From Opitutia bacterium KCR 482 (GTDB taxonomy: Bacteria; Verrucomicrobiota; Verrucomicrobiia; Opitutales; Intestinicryptomonadaceae), in the NCBI GenBank assembly GCA_029269845.2, contig CP149973.1, positions 540,001-572,000 on the forward strand: DNA of 32,000 nt, given 5' to 3'. Each line of letters starts with the position of its first letter. Positions within the stretch are counted from its first letter, which is position 1. Shown here in pieces: positions 9,460-20,159 of the stretch. A program made the position numbers and the translations under genes. Under the pieces are notes generated by a model that saw only the letters and a list, made by a program, of their open reading frames with translations, did not search any database and had not been told where the DNA came from.

Positions 9460-10569
9460 TTACATCATCGGTTCGGCGATAAACTGCACGCGCTTTGTCA
9501 CAGTGTTTCCGTACTGCGACACGAGGCGTTTGTAGTTTTCGACGCCGAGAGTTCCGTTTTTCATCATGCCGCGCATTTCGAGCGCGCCGACGTCCGAAAT
9601 GAACGTCATGGAAAAGTCCGCAAACGCGAGGAATCCGTCCTCGACCAAGCTCGATTCGACGGGGTATTTGCCGCCGCCCGATCCTATGCCGTAGGCGTTT
9701 GCCGCGAGGATTTTCGGGCCGATTGTAACGGGCGTGCCCGGCGGAATGTACGCAATTTTATATTCGGGCTCGTTTATGCCCTTGTTCGGGTTTTTGTAGA
9801 ACACGCCCAAGGTGAGGCGGAAGTCGACAATATTCATCACGAGCAGGTTTTCGGGAGCGAGCGTCCACGAGCGCAAGTCCTGACCGGGCTGTTCAAGCCC
9901 CTGTTCGTCGATAATCGTGCACGATTTCTGCCACAGGTTGCCCGACAGCGCGTATTTGTAGCTTTCGGAATTGGGGTCTTTTGTGTATCCCTGAACGGTG
10001 TCGCCCATGGCTTCGAGAACGGTCGAGCGGGGGTCGATTACCGCGCGGTAAAGCCCGAAGAACGCGTTGTACTGCGTCAAGTTCGCCGACGAGTCCGACG
10101 ACGACTTCATGAACGGGCTTTTAATTGCAAGCTGGTACTTGATTGCGCAGACGCTTCCGGGAATCGGGACTGCCTGTTTCGAGCGGGTGTCGTCGCCCTG
10201 ATTTGCCGTCGAGATTTGGTCGCGCGTGTAGCGCGGGCGCAGAACCGTGGACGAGAAGAACATGATTTCCGGCGGTTTGAGCGGCGTGGCATCGAGGTAG
10301 TTCGAGCCGCTGAGAACGCCGACGTTGTCGGGGTAGTCAACCTGAAACCACGCTCTGCCGTCGCGCTTTATCATGACGCTTTCGAAGTCGTCCTGCAAAA
10401 TGTTGCCGACAACAGTTGCGTCGAACTTGTTTTTGAGTTCGCCGCTCGCCCTGTTCCAAGTGTTGAGAATGTTTGTCGTTACGCTCAGAACCGCAAGCAC
10501 GATTATCGTCATTATGGCGCTTGCCGCCATAATTTCCACGAGTGTAAAAGCTTTTTTTACAGATTTCAT
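9460..10569 (-). CDS. Large prepilin-type N-terminal domain protein (GspK-like minor pseudopilin candidate)
   Basis: 369 aa. N-terminus MKSVKKAFTLVEIMAASAIMTIIVLAVL is a class III signal/methylation motif plus a hydrophobic helix. It is the last and largest gene of the five-gene cluster. Confidence 0.75.
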   Translation of the reverse strand: MKSVKKAFTLVEIMAASAIMTIIVLAVLSVTTNILNTWNRASGELKNKFDATVVGNILQDDFESVMIKRDGRAWFQVDYPDNVGVLSGSNYLDATPLKPPEIMFFSSTVLRPRYTRDQISTANQGDDTRSKQAVPIPGSVCAIKYQLAIKSPFMKSSSDSSANLTQYNAFFGLYRAVIDPRSTVLEAMGDTVQGYTKDPNSESYKYALSGNLWQKSCTIIDEQGLEQPGQDLRSWTLAPENLLVMNIVDFRLTLGVFYKNPNKGINEPEYKIAYIPPGTPVTIGPKILAANAYGIGSGGGKYPVESSLVEDGFLAFADFSMTFISDVGALEMRGMMKNGTLGVENYKRLVSQYGNTVTKRVQFIAEPMM

Positions 10570-10571
10570 TG

Positions 10572-11195
10572 CTATCTCATTTTCATGATTAGACCCTGAA
10601 AGACGCGGCGCTCCTCGTTGACCCTGTCGTCGCCCGACCCTTTTGTGATGTCCTGACGCGGCTCGGCGAAGACTTCAATCGTCAGCGGCAGGTAGGAAAG
10701 CGCGTAGTTCGAGGCGTCGCCGCCGAGCGAGCCGCCGCCGTATTCGGTGTTGTCGCCGATGCGCACGCGTTCGCCTTTAAGACCGTTCTGGTAGAGCGAA
10801 ATGTTCGCCCTGTAAACGTCGCCCTCCGAGTTTTCGAGCGCGTCGCTCGACGGAGGCATTGACGGCACCGCACCCTCGTTTTCCGACGACATCGTAAAGA
10901 GGCTCGAATTGTCGGGATCGTCGGGGTTTTGGTATTCGTCCCAAAAATAGACAACATAGGGCTGCGAGGGGTTCGCGACCCAGCGGAAAACTTCGTCGAA
11001 GCGTTTCGTGCGCAGAATGGTTTCCATCAGCGCAACGCAGTTCGCCGATTTTTGCTGGTGGCGGATTTGCGTGATGTTTGCGGTAATCGCGCCCAAAAGA
11101 CCTATCATCGAAGTAATCGAAACCGCGATTACCCCAACCGCAAGCATGACTTCGACGAGCGTAAACGCCTTTTTTTGTGAATTCTGTTTTCGCAT
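10572..11195 (-). CDS. Prepilin-type N-terminal domain protein (minor pseudopilin candidate)
   Basis: 207 aa. N-terminus KKAFTLVEVMLAVGVIAVSITSMIGLL. A 2-nt gap separates it from the next gene. Confidence 0.75.
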   Translation of the reverse strand: MRKQNSQKKAFTLVEVMLAVGVIAVSITSMIGLLGAITANITQIRHQQKSANCVALMETILRTKRFDEVFRWVANPSQPYVVYFWDEYQNPDDPDNSSLFTMSSENEGAVPSMPPSSDALENSEGDVYRANISLYQNGLKGERVRIGDNTEYGGGSLGGDASNYALSYLPLTIEVFAEPRQDITKGSGDDRVNEERRVFQGLIMKMR

Positions 11196-11204
11196 AAGAA
11201 AAAA

Positions 11205-11909
11205 TTATTTGATTGTTTCCTCCATCTCGTCGTGTCCCGAAAACGGAATCGTGTGTCCGAGAAGCCTGATTACGAAGCCAAGCTCCGAATCGGGGTTGTC
11301 GATAACGTACATTCCGTTGGCGTCGAGCCTGCCCATGGCAATCATGACGTATGCGCCCGGGTTGAGGGAGAGACCGTCGGAGGAGAATTTGTACGAGTAC
11401 CAGTCGCCGCTGCCTTCGGTGAGCGCTTCGGGCTGGCGGCTCGGAAATTCGGTGATGTTTACAATCTCGAACGCGCCCGTGTAGCCGTTGTTGAAGGTGC
11501 TTTTGTAGACCTCGCTTTTGTCGATGTCCTTGCCGAGCTTCACGAATTTGTCGAAGTCGTTTTCGGGCGGGACAAAGAACACGTTTTGCGGCATGATGAA
11601 GCCGTCGTTGAGCGCGACCCAGCCAAGCTCCATGTCGTTGCGCCCCTTCGAGCGGTAGATTACGCCCACCTGCCTGAGTTTGCGGGTTATGTCCGGCCCC
11701 TTGTAGATGATTACGCGGCAGTCGGTCTGCTTCTGCATCGCCGTTACCCGCGCTTCGTAGAAAGCCGTTATCAACGACTGCTGCGCCGAATACGCCGACT
11801 GCGAGGAGTCTTTCATATTCAGCATGGAAATACCCATCGACAACACCGAAATAATCGCGATGACCACGAGCATTTCGATGAGGGTAAAGCCTTTTCTTTG
11901 CGAACGCAT
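11205..11909 (-). CDS. Prepilin-type N-terminal domain protein (minor pseudopilin candidate)
   Basis: 234 aa. Canonical RKGFTLIEMLVVIAIISVL with Gly at -1. Confidence 0.75.
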   Translation of the reverse strand: MRSQRKGFTLIEMLVVIAIISVLSMGISMLNMKDSSQSAYSAQQSLITAFYEARVTAMQKQTDCRVIIYKGPDITRKLRQVGVIYRSKGRNDMELGWVALNDGFIMPQNVFFVPPENDFDKFVKLGKDIDKSEVYKSTFNNGYTGAFEIVNITEFPSRQPEALTEGSGDWYSYKFSSDGLSLNPGAYVMIAMGRLDANGMYVIDNPDSELGFVIRLLGHTIPFSGHDEMEETIK

Positions 11910-11927
11910 ATTGGATAATGAAAAATG

Positions 11928-12554
11928 TTATTGCCAAGTAAAGACGTTTTCGGAGCTGAAATCCGCCGTCGCGCTGAACGAGTCCTTTTTGAGCGTAAAG
12001 ATTATCGCCTTTGCGCGGATACCCGCCGTGGGGTTCGGCACTATTTCCTTGATTTCCTGAACGGTGAAGCCGTCGGTGATTGCGGGGAAGCCAGCCTTGA
12101 TGAAGCCGTCGTTGTCGCCGTCAACGCAGACGTAGATGTTGGGGTTGCCGAAGCTGTCTATAATAACCCATTTGCCCTCGCGCTTGATGATGTTCGAAGT
12201 CGCGATGTCCAAAAAGTTGCGCGATTTGCGGTTGTACTCGCGGCGGTCGCTCTGCGTGAGTCTGCCGCCTTCGGGGGTTTTGCCCGTGAGCGCCTTTATC
12301 ATGCCCTCGGAGAAGTTTTCCTGCGCGAGGTTCGTTCTGTCGCGCGAGGTGAGGAACGCGGGGTAGTATCCGTACTCCGTCTGGTAGCGTTCGAGCGCGC
12401 TTACCATGTTCGAGAAAAGCGTTTTGGAGGTCGTCGCCAACGCCCTCTTCTGCGCCCCCGAAATCATCGGGGTCAGCATGCCCACGAGCACGCCGATAAT
12501 CGCGATGACAATCATCAGTTCCACGAGTGTAAAAGCTTTTTTGCCTAGTTTCAT
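11928..12554 (-). CDS. GspG-like major pseudopilin
   Basis: 208 aa. KKAFTLVELMIVIAIIGVLVGML N-terminus and a DSFGNPNIY motif (compare GspG DPWGxPYxY). Confidence 0.75.
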   Translation of the reverse strand: MKLGKKAFTLVELMIVIAIIGVLVGMLTPMISGAQKRALATTSKTLFSNMVSALERYQTEYGYYPAFLTSRDRTNLAQENFSEGMIKALTGKTPEGGRLTQSDRREYNRKSRNFLDIATSNIIKREGKWVIIDSFGNPNIYVCVDGDNDGFIKAGFPAITDGFTVQEIKEIVPNPTAGIRAKAIIFTLKKDSFSATADFSSENVFTWQ

Positions 12555-12597
12555 ATTGTTTCCTTTTTTTGTAAATGGGGTGTGGGGTTGTAAAATA

Positions 12598-13269
12598 TTA
12601 GTCGTCGCGCCCGTAGACGATGTTGTCGAGGTTTTCCTCGGGCATTCTGTACGTTTCGTCGTCGGGCATGATTCCCGTTGTGTACATGTTGCCGACCTCC
12701 TTGATTTTCTGGTCCGCGCCCTTCGAAATCAAAAGAAACCCCGGCGAACGCCAGCTTGTGTTGCCTTCGTTTGTTACATATGCGGTTGTGTCGAAGAAAT
12801 AGAGATAGGGTTCGTTCCACGGGTCGCCGAAATAGACGCCGTTTTTTTCGGGATCTACGTCCTGCAAGAGCGGGTCCACAGGGTCGCAAATGCGGAGTTT
12901 TGAGGCGTCCACAAAGGGCTTGCGGTTTGTGCCGACTTCCGACATCACTACCTGCCCGTCGTCGAGGCGCAGAATCATTTTTCCGACAAGGCATTTGTAG
13001 AGATTGCCAGCGGCTTTCTTTTCGTCGCCGTTTGCGTTGAGGCGGGGAAAGCCGCCGTATTTTCCGGCAAAGGCTTCGAGGCTTGCGGCGATTATCGCCA
13101 TGTCGGTCTTTGCGCGGGCGCGACCCTGCGACGCGCTTACCGTGCCCAACATTTGGGTGGTAATGCCCATTAAAAGCGCGATTATGCCTATTACTATGAG
13201 AATTTCGACGAGCGTGAACGCCTTGCGGGCGCGCCGCGTCGAGGTGGGGGTAAAGTCGTAGATATTCAT
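12598..13269 (-). CDS. GspG-like major pseudopilin
   Basis: 223 aa from ATG 13269 (MNIYDF...RKAFTLVEILIVIGIIALLMG) with a GDPWNEPYLYF motif. The track start at 13308 is a TTG extension. Confidence 0.75.
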   Translation of the reverse strand: MNIYDFTPTSTRRARKAFTLVEILIVIGIIALLMGITTQMLGTVSASQGRARAKTDMAIIAASLEAFAGKYGGFPRLNANGDEKKAAGNLYKCLVGKMILRLDDGQVVMSEVGTNRKPFVDASKLRICDPVDPLLQDVDPEKNGVYFGDPWNEPYLYFFDTTAYVTNEGNTSWRSPGFLLISKGADQKIKEVGNMYTTGIMPDDETYRMPEENLDNIVYGRDD

Positions 13270-13316
13270 GTATGGGAACACGGTAGTCGGGCAAACCGAC
13301 GTTGTCAAATTTATAC

Positions 13317-14321
13317 TTAAACCGAAAACGATTTTTTACACATGTCGTAGATTTCCTCTTTGAGGCGGGGTATGCCCTCCTCGGACAGGCACGAAATCGG
13401 GATTACGTCGAGCTTGGGGTATTTGCGCAAAAACGCTTTCAGATTCTTGGGGGCGTCGGGTTCGTCCATTTTGTTGGCGGCGACGATTATCGGTTTTTTC
13501 GCCAAGTCGGGCGAGTACAATTCAAGCTCGCTCAAAAGGTTTTTATAGTCGTCTGCGGGCTTGCGGCCGTCGGCGCCCGCCATGTCGATTAGCAGAACAA
13601 GCACCTTGCAACGCTCGATGTGTCTGAGGAATTTGTGCCCCAAGCCCTTGTTTTCGCTCGCGCCGACGACAAGCCCCGGAATGTCGGCGAGCTTCAAGAC
13701 CTCGTATTTTTCGGGGTAGTCGAGCGTGCCGATGTTGACGTGCAGCGTCGTGAACGGATACGCGCCGATTTTCGGGCGCGCGGGAGTAAGCAGCGACACA
13801 AGCGACGATTTCCCCGCGTTCGGGAAGCCCACCATGCCCGCGTCGGCGATGGTTTTCAGCACGAGGTTGAACTCGCCCGATTCGCCCTCCGTGCCGTATG
13901 TGAACTGGCGCGGCGCGCGGTTTACCGAGCTTTTGAAGTGGACATTGCCCAAGCCGCCCCTGCCGCCGCGAAGCAGCAGCACGCGCTCGCCGTGGCGCAA
14001 AACTTCGGCGACAAACGCGCCCGTTTCGGCGCTGTAAATTATAGTGCCGGGGGGGACGCGCAGTTCGGCGTCTCTTCCCGACGCTCCCGTTTTCAGACGC
14101 CCCATACCCTTGCCGCCGTTTTCTGCGGAGAGGTTCGGAGTGTACTGGTAGCGTTCCAAGTCTCCGATGTTTTCGTCGCCGACAGCCCAGACGTCGCCGC
14201 CCTTGCCGCCGTCGCCGCCGTCGGGACCTCCGCGGGGAATGAATTTTTCACGGCGGAAGCCCGCGCAGCCCTTGCCGCCGTCCCCCGCTCTCAGCGATAC
14301 CGTTGCTTCATCGACAAACAT
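13317..14321 (-). CDS. obg: GTPase Obg/CgtA
   Basis: 334 aa. Glycine-rich Obg fold (GGPDGGDGGKGGDV), G1 GFPNAGKSS, G3 DIPG, G4 NKMD. Confidence 0.95.
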   Translation of the reverse strand: MFVDEATVSLRAGDGGKGCAGFRREKFIPRGGPDGGDGGKGGDVWAVGDENIGDLERYQYTPNLSAENGGKGMGRLKTGASGRDAELRVPPGTIIYSAETGAFVAEVLRHGERVLLLRGGRGGLGNVHFKSSVNRAPRQFTYGTEGESGEFNLVLKTIADAGMVGFPNAGKSSLVSLLTPARPKIGAYPFTTLHVNIGTLDYPEKYEVLKLADIPGLVVGASENKGLGHKFLRHIERCKVLVLLIDMAGADGRKPADDYKNLLSELELYSPDLAKKPIIVAANKMDEPDAPKNLKAFLRKYPKLDVIPISCLSEEGIPRLKEEIYDMCKKSFSV

Positions 14322-14363
14322 TTTTTCCCTTCCTGTCAGCTTGGGGTTCGAACGAGCCGAAGC

Positions 14364-15779
14364 CTATTTTTTCAGGGCTTCGCGCCACGCCGATATTTGC
14401 GACTCTATCTGGCGCGCCCCCGGCATGCCGATTTTCTCGCGCATGGCAAACGCGCGTTTGAGGTCGAAAACATCGCGCCACGATTTGTCCGCCTTGTCGC
14501 AGATTGCAAAAACGTCGGCGTCGTCGAGCTTGTCTATCGGCGTTTTTTTGCGCTCCGAAAGCGCGACGATTTCGCCCACGCAGTGGTGCGCCTTTCTGAA
14601 CGGAACGCCGCGCATGACGAAATAGTCGGCGAGGTCGGTCGCAAGCAGAAGCGGGTCGGAGACGGCGAGGTCGCACTTGTCTTTGCGGAACTTGATTTTC
14701 TTTGCGCATTCGGTCAGAACGTCGAGGCAAATGGAGGTTTGGGCGAAGGAGTCGAAAATCGGGGGTTTGTCCTCCTGTAAGTCGCGGTTGTATGTGAGCG
14801 GAAGCCCCTTGACGAGCGCGAAAAGCGCGGACAAATTGCCGATGAGCCGCGCGGATTTTCCGCGCATAAGCTCGAACGCGTCGGGGTTTTTCTTCTGCGG
14901 CATGAGCGACGAACCCGTCGTGAACGTGTCGGGCAGCGAAACGAACGCGAACTCCGACGTATTCCAAATTATGACGTCTTCCGAAACCCTCGAAAGGTGC
15001 ACGCCGAGCGTCGCGCACGCGAACGCGAATTCGAGGAAAAGGTCGCGGTCGGCGACGGCGTCCATGCTGTTGCCCGTAAGGACGGGATCTCCCGTTTCGG
15101 GGTCGGTAAAGCCGAGAAGCTCGGCGGTTTCAAGCCTGTCGATGGGAAGCGTCGTTCCCGCAATCGCCCCGCTGCCGAGCGGGCACACGTTGGCGGCGTC
15201 GAATGCGAACTTAAAACGCTCGACGTCGCGGGCGAACATTTCGACCCACGCCAGTATGTGGTGCGCCGCGCTCACGGGCTGGGCGCGCTGCAAATGCGTG
15301 TAGCCGGGAATGAAAACCGCCCTGTTTGCGTCGGCAAAATCGACAAGCACGCGCAGAAGCTTTTCGAGCTTTGCGACAATCTCAGCGCAGGCGTATTTGA
15401 AAAAGAGGCGCATGTCGGTGGCAACCTGGTCGTTGCGGCTGCGGGCTGTGTGGAGCTTTGCGGCGGCGGGAACTTCCTTTGTGAGCGCCTGCTCGATGTT
15501 CATGTGGACGTCTTCGAGCGACGCACTCCACTGGAAGTCTCCCTTTTCGATTCTCTTTAAAATTTTCGCAAGCCCGCCCACAATCTGCCTGCACTCCGAC
15601 TTCGATATGATTCCCGTTTTTGCGAGCATTTTCGCGTGCGCCGTCGAGCCCTGAATATCGAAACGCGCAAGGAGTTTGTCGAACGATACGGACTCGCTGA
15701 AACGCAACATCAAATCGCTGGGGGCTTCCGAAAACCTGCCGCCCCAGCTTGCCTGAGATTCTTTTCCGTCTTTTTTCAT
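14364..15779 (-). CDS. argH: Argininosuccinate lyase
   Basis: 471 aa. SWGGRFSE N-terminus and the fumarate-lyase signature [12 protein letters not shown]. Confidence 0.95.
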   Translation of the reverse strand: MKKDGKESQASWGGRFSEAPSDLMLRFSESVSFDKLLARFDIQGSTAHAKMLAKTGIISKSECRQIVGGLAKILKRIEKGDFQWSASLEDVHMNIEQALTKEVPAAAKLHTARSRNDQVATDMRLFFKYACAEIVAKLEKLLRVLVDFADANRAVFIPGYTHLQRAQPVSAAHHILAWVEMFARDVERFKFAFDAANVCPLGSGAIAGTTLPIDRLETAELLGFTDPETGDPVLTGNSMDAVADRDLFLEFAFACATLGVHLSRVSEDVIIWNTSEFAFVSLPDTFTTGSSLMPQKKNPDAFELMRGKSARLIGNLSALFALVKGLPLTYNRDLQEDKPPIFDSFAQTSICLDVLTECAKKIKFRKDKCDLAVSDPLLLATDLADYFVMRGVPFRKAHHCVGEIVALSERKKTPIDKLDDADVFAICDKADKSWRDVFDLKRAFAMREKIGMPGARQIESQISAWREALKK

Positions 15780-15900
15780 ACTGCAAAAAACTACAACACA
15801 AGTTCCCCCTCTTTACAACAAAAAAGCTGAACAGCCGCTTGCCCGCGCCCGTATTTTAAATTTGACACCCGCGCGCGTTTTCCGTTTTTTAATTAAACCT

Positions 15901-17031
15901 ATGAACAAACGGGATTTTCTCACAGGCGCGGGAATAATGACCGCGGCAACTCTTGCAAACGCAATTCCGGCATCCGAGGCAAAAGCGCCGGGCGCGCTCA
16001 ACGTGCGCGACTTCGGCGCAAAGGGAGACGGAAAAACCTCGGATACCGCCGCGATTCAGGCGGCTCTCGACGCCGCGGGCAAAACCGAGGGCACGGTGTA
16101 TTTTCCGAGCGGCGTGTACTTGTGCTCCGACCTTAAAGTGCGCCCGTACACAACCCTGCTTTCCGAACCGCAATGGATTTATTCGGGCGAAAAACGCGGC
16201 GCGGTGCTGCAACTCGACTCCGAAAACGCAAGCTGCTTGCTCGACATTACGAGAGCATACGCCGCGCGCATACGCGGGCTGACGCTTTGCGGCATACGCA
16301 ATGCGGAAAAGCGCATACACGGAATCTACCTCAACAACGAAAAATTCAGCCCGAAAGAGGACACGGTCGTAATAGACGACGTTAAGGTGCAAAAATTTTC
16401 GGGGCACGGAATTTTCCTGCAGCGCGTGTGGCTGTTTATAATCCGCCACAGCATATTTTACTCCAACGCGGGTTGCGGAGCAATGCTGATAGGCTGGGAC
16501 GGATTCGTTGCGGACAACCAGTTTTCGGGAAACGCCTCGCACGGTTTCGCCTGCGCGGGAGTCGGAAGCACGGTGATGTTCACAGCCAACCGCGTTGAAT
16601 GGAACAGGCAATACGGGCTATACATACCCAAGGGGAACACATGGAATATCACGGGCAATTCGTTCGACAGAAACTTCGGCGCGGGCTTGAAGCTCGAAAA
16701 CGTAGATTCCATCACGGTTACGGGAAACGTGTTCCGCCGCTGCGGCAAGGACAGCGGACAACTTGCGGAGGGCGAAACTTCGGCGCAGGTGATTTTCGAC
16801 GGCTCGAAGGGAATCTGCGTAAGCGGCAACGCGTTCAAGGCGGGACGCGACGATGGAGGGAAAGGCAAATACACGCCGCAGGTAGGGTTTATATTGAAGA
16901 ATCTTTCGCATTCGGTAATATCGAACAATACCCTCTACCGCGGATACATGAACGAAATGAAACTCGATCTCGGCGGGCACGGCAGGGATTTTATATTTTC
17001 GAACAACGTAGGCTGCCCCTTCGGGGAGTAA
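15901..17031 (+). CDS. Secreted right-handed beta-helix protein (pectate-lyase superfamily / GH28-related)
   Basis: 376 aa from ATG 15901. Tat-like signal MNKRDFLTGAGIMTAATLANA, then LNVRDFGAKGDGKTSDTAAIQAALDAA...GTVYFPSGVYL and repeated GN-containing beta-helix turns. Confidence 0.75.
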   Translation: MNKRDFLTGAGIMTAATLANAIPASEAKAPGALNVRDFGAKGDGKTSDTAAIQAALDAAGKTEGTVYFPSGVYLCSDLKVRPYTTLLSEPQWIYSGEKRGAVLQLDSENASCLLDITRAYAARIRGLTLCGIRNAEKRIHGIYLNNEKFSPKEDTVVIDDVKVQKFSGHGIFLQRVWLFIIRHSIFYSNAGCGAMLIGWDGFVADNQFSGNASHGFACAGVGSTVMFTANRVEWNRQYGLYIPKGNTWNITGNSFDRNFGAGLKLENVDSITVTGNVFRRCGKDSGQLAEGETSAQVIFDGSKGICVSGNAFKAGRDDGGKGKYTPQVGFILKNLSHSVISNNTLYRGYMNEMKLDLGGHGRDFIFSNNVGCPFGE

Positions 17032-17041
17032 AAAAAGCGGC

Positions 17042-17083
17042 GCGCGGAGCCGCGAAAGACGCGGACGCATTTTCCGCGCTTTT
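17042..17083 (+). terminator. Possible terminator after the beta-helix gene
   Basis: Outer stem GCGCGGA/TCCGCGC encloses an inner CCGCG/CGCGG hairpin, followed by TTTT (17080-17083). Confidence 0.4.
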
Positions 17084-17107
17084 CGGAGTTTGCCCTGCTT
17101 CGTTTGC

Positions 17108-17135
17108 TTGACATTTTTTTTATATATGTAAAAAT
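17108..17135 (+). promoter_or_regulatory. Candidate sigma70-type promoter for ppdK
   Basis: Perfect -35 TTGACA (17108-17113). An AT-rich spacer leads to TAAAAAT (17129-17135) as a -10 candidate (15-16 nt spacing). It lies about 230 nt upstream of the ppdK ATG. Confidence 0.4.
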
Positions 17136-17365
17136 GTACCAAATAAACTCCACCGTTTTGCGGCTTGAAAATCTCGCAACCGCGCTCTGTCGGACGCATT
17201 CGGAGGGGCATATTACCGCCGGACGGAAACGCCGGCGGAATCGGGGACAGTCCGCTCCCGCAGACACCGACCGCCGTGCGGCATTCCACTCCGGAACGCG
17301 CAGCGCGGCGCAAGAGTCGGTCGGCGGACAAACAAACAAACGGAAATAACGAAAGACAAAATACC

Positions 17366-20143
17366 ATGGCAAAAAAAGTTGCTAAAAAAGCCCCCACCAA
17401 AAAAGCTTCCGTAAAATCGGCAAGTTCCAAAAACAAAAAATATACATACCTGTTCGGAAGCAAAACCGACGGCGACGCAAAAATGCGCAACCTCCTCGGC
17501 GGCAAGGGCGCAAACCTCGCCGAAATGGCGAGAATAGGACTGCCCGTCCCCCCCGGATTCACAATCACGACGGAAGTCTGCACGCACTTTTACGACAACG
17601 GCAAAAAATATCCCGCGTCGCTCGAAGCGCAGGTAAAGGCGGGCGTGCAGTCGGTAGAAAGGCAGATGGGCAAAATCTTCGGCGACGAAAAAGATCCCCT
17701 GCTCTTCTCCGTCCGCTCCGGCGCGAGGGAATCCATGCCCGGCATGATGGACACAATCCTCAACCTCGGTCTCAACGACAAAACCGTTGAGGGGCTTTCC
17801 GCAAAGACAAACAACCCCCGCTTTGCGTGGGACTGCTACCGCAGGTTCGTCCAAATGTACGGCGATGTCGTGATGGGCGTTCAGGCGCGGAACGAAGCCG
17901 AAACCGAGCCTTTCCACAAAGTGATGGAAACGCTGAAAGCGGAAGTCGGCGCAAAGCTCGACACAGACCTCGACGTCGCCGCGCTCAAAGAGCTTGTCAA
18001 ACGCTACAAAGCCCTGATTAGGGAACGCGCGGGCAAGAGCTTCCCGCAGGACGTATACGACCAGCTTTGGGGCGCAATCGGCGCGGTGTTCGGCTCGTGG
18101 ATGAACGAACGCGCAATCATCTACCGCCAAAAATACAACATTCCCGCAAGCTGGGGCACGGCGGTAAACGTGCAGACAATGGTCTTCGGCAACAAGGGCG
18201 AAACGAGCGCGACGGGCGTCGCCTTCACGCGCGACCCCGCAAACGGCGAAAACGAATTCTACGGCGAATACCTCATCAACGCGCAGGGCGAGGACGTCGT
18301 GGCGGGCGTACGCACCCCGCACAAAATTTCCGAACTCTCGAAGGAAATGCCCAAGGCATTCAAGGAGCTGCTGGCTATCCGCAAGAAGCTCGAATCGCAC
18401 TTCAAGGACATGCAGGACTTCGAATTTACAATCGAGGAAAACAAACTCTACATGCTCCAAACCCGCAACGGCAAACGCACGGGGCTTGCGGCGGTGAGAA
18501 TCGCGGTGGAAATGAACAAGGAACGCTTCATGGACGAAAAAACCGCCCTGATGAAAATCCCCGCAGACTCGATTTCAAGCCTGCTCGTTCCCGTGTTCGA
18601 CCCCGCGTCGGTCAAAAAGGCGAAAGTCGTCGCAAAGGGGCTGCCCGCAGGGCCTGGGGCGGCGTCGGGCGAAGTCGTGTTCACGGCGGCGCAGGCGGAG
18701 CTCGTGGCGGCGCGCGGACGCAAATCGGTTCTCTGCCGCGAGGAAACGTCTCCCGAAGACCTGCGCGGAATGATTGCCGCCGAGGGCATTCTTACATCGC
18801 GCGGCGGCGTAAGCTCGCACGCGGCGCTCGTCGCCCGCCAGATGGGCAAAGTCTGCATTTGCGGCGCAAGCGACGTCTCGATGGACTACGAAAAACGCCT
18901 CATGTCGATAGGCGACATCGTAATCAAGGAGGGCGACTACATCTCGATTGACGGCACCACGGGCGAAATTTTCCTCGGCGAAATCGACAACGCCCCGAGC
19001 GAAGTAATCCGCGTGCTTTCGGGCAAAATGAAGCCCGCCAAGAGCTACACTTACAGGCTGTTCGACACCGTCATGAAGTGGGCGGACAAATACCGCAAAC
19101 TCGGCGTCCGCACAAACGCCGACACCCCCGAACAGGCGAAGCGCGCGGTGCAACTCGGCGCGGAGGGAATCGGGCTTTGCCGCACAGAGCACATGTTCTT
19201 CGAGGGCGACAGAATCGACGCCGTGCGCGAAATGATTCTCGCGACCGACAAAACCGAACGAGAAAAGGCGCTCAAAAAACTCCTGCCCTACCAGCGCAAA
19301 GACTTCGAGGGCATATTCAAGGCGATGGACGGGCTGCCCGTTACCGTCAGACTCCTCGACCCCCCTCTGCACGAATTCCTGCCGCACGAAAGCGCGGCTC
19401 GCAACGCGCTCGCGGAAAAAATGAACCTTCCGCCCGAAATCCTCGTCGAACGCTGCAAGGCTCTTGAAGAGCAGAACCCGATGCTCGGACACAGAGGCTG
19501 CCGACTCGGCAACTGCTTCCCCGAAATCACGGAAATGCAGGCTCGCGCGATTTTCGAAGCGGCGGCTTCGCTGCTGAAAAAAGGCAAAAAAGTTAAAGTA
19601 GAAATCATGGTTCCGCTCGTCGGATTCGTGAAAGAGCTGAAATTCCAGGCGGAGACAATCGCAAAGACATGCGCGGCTGTCGAAAAGGAAAAGAAAGTCA
19701 AAATAGACTACATGCTCGGCACAATGATTGAAGTTCCGCGCGGGGCGTTGACTGCGGACGAAATCGCGGAAGTGGCGCAATTCTTCTCGTTCGGCACAAA
19801 CGACCTCACCCAAACGGGGCTTGGCATGAGCCGCGACGACGCAGGCAGCTTCCTCGGACGCTATAAGGAACTGGACATTCTGCCGAAAAACCCGTTCGCG
19901 TCAATCGACGTCGACGGCGTGGGACAGCTTGTGAGAATCGGCGCGGAAAAGGGACGCTCTGCGCGCAAAGACCTGAAACTTGGCGTGTGCGGCGAACACG
20001 GAGGCGACCCCGATTCAATCAACTTCTTCAACGACGTCGGCTTGAACTACGTCAGTTGCTCGCCGCCGCGAGTGCCCGTAGCCCGACTCGCCGCGGCGCA
20101 GGCGGCTCTCAAAACCGCCGCCGCCAAGAAGGCGAAAAAATAA
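17366..20143 (+). CDS. ppdK: Pyruvate, phosphate dikinase
   Basis: 925 aa from ATG 17366. Motifs [12 protein letters not shown], the catalytic-His region [18 protein letters not shown], and C-terminal [10 protein letters not shown]. The track start at 17165 is a TTG extension through the leader. Confidence 0.95.
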   Translation: MAKKVAKKAPTKKASVKSASSKNKKYTYLFGSKTDGDAKMRNLLGGKGANLAEMARIGLPVPPGFTITTEVCTHFYDNGKKYPASLEAQVKAGVQSVERQMGKIFGDEKDPLLFSVRSGARESMPGMMDTILNLGLNDKTVEGLSAKTNNPRFAWDCYRRFVQMYGDVVMGVQARNEAETEPFHKVMETLKAEVGAKLDTDLDVAALKELVKRYKALIRERAGKSFPQDVYDQLWGAIGAVFGSWMNERAIIYRQKYNIPASWGTAVNVQTMVFGNKGETSATGVAFTRDPANGENEFYGEYLINAQGEDVVAGVRTPHKISELSKEMPKAFKELLAIRKKLESHFKDMQDFEFTIEENKLYMLQTRNGKRTGLAAVRIAVEMNKERFMDEKTALMKIPADSISSLLVPVFDPASVKKAKVVAKGLPAGPGAASGEVVFTAAQAELVAARGRKSVLCREETSPEDLRGMIAAEGILTSRGGVSSHAALVARQMGKVCICGASDVSMDYEKRLMSIGDIVIKEGDYISIDGTTGEIFLGEIDNAPSEVIRVLSGKMKPAKSYTYRLFDTVMKWADKYRKLGVRTNADTPEQAKRAVQLGAEGIGLCRTEHMFFEGDRIDAVREMILATDKTEREKALKKLLPYQRKDFEGIFKAMDGLPVTVRLLDPPLHEFLPHESAARNALAEKMNLPPEILVERCKALEEQNPMLGHRGCRLGNCFPEITEMQARAIFEAAASLLKKGKKVKVEIMVPLVGFVKELKFQAETIAKTCAAVEKEKKVKIDYMLGTMIEVPRGALTADEIAEVAQFFSFGTNDLTQTGLGMSRDDAGSFLGRYKELDILPKNPFASIDVDGVGQLVRIGAEKGRSARKDLKLGVCGEHGGDPDSINFFNDVGLNYVSCSPPRVPVARLAAAQAALKTAAAKKAKK

Positions 20144-20159
20144 TTCCCAAAAACACAAA

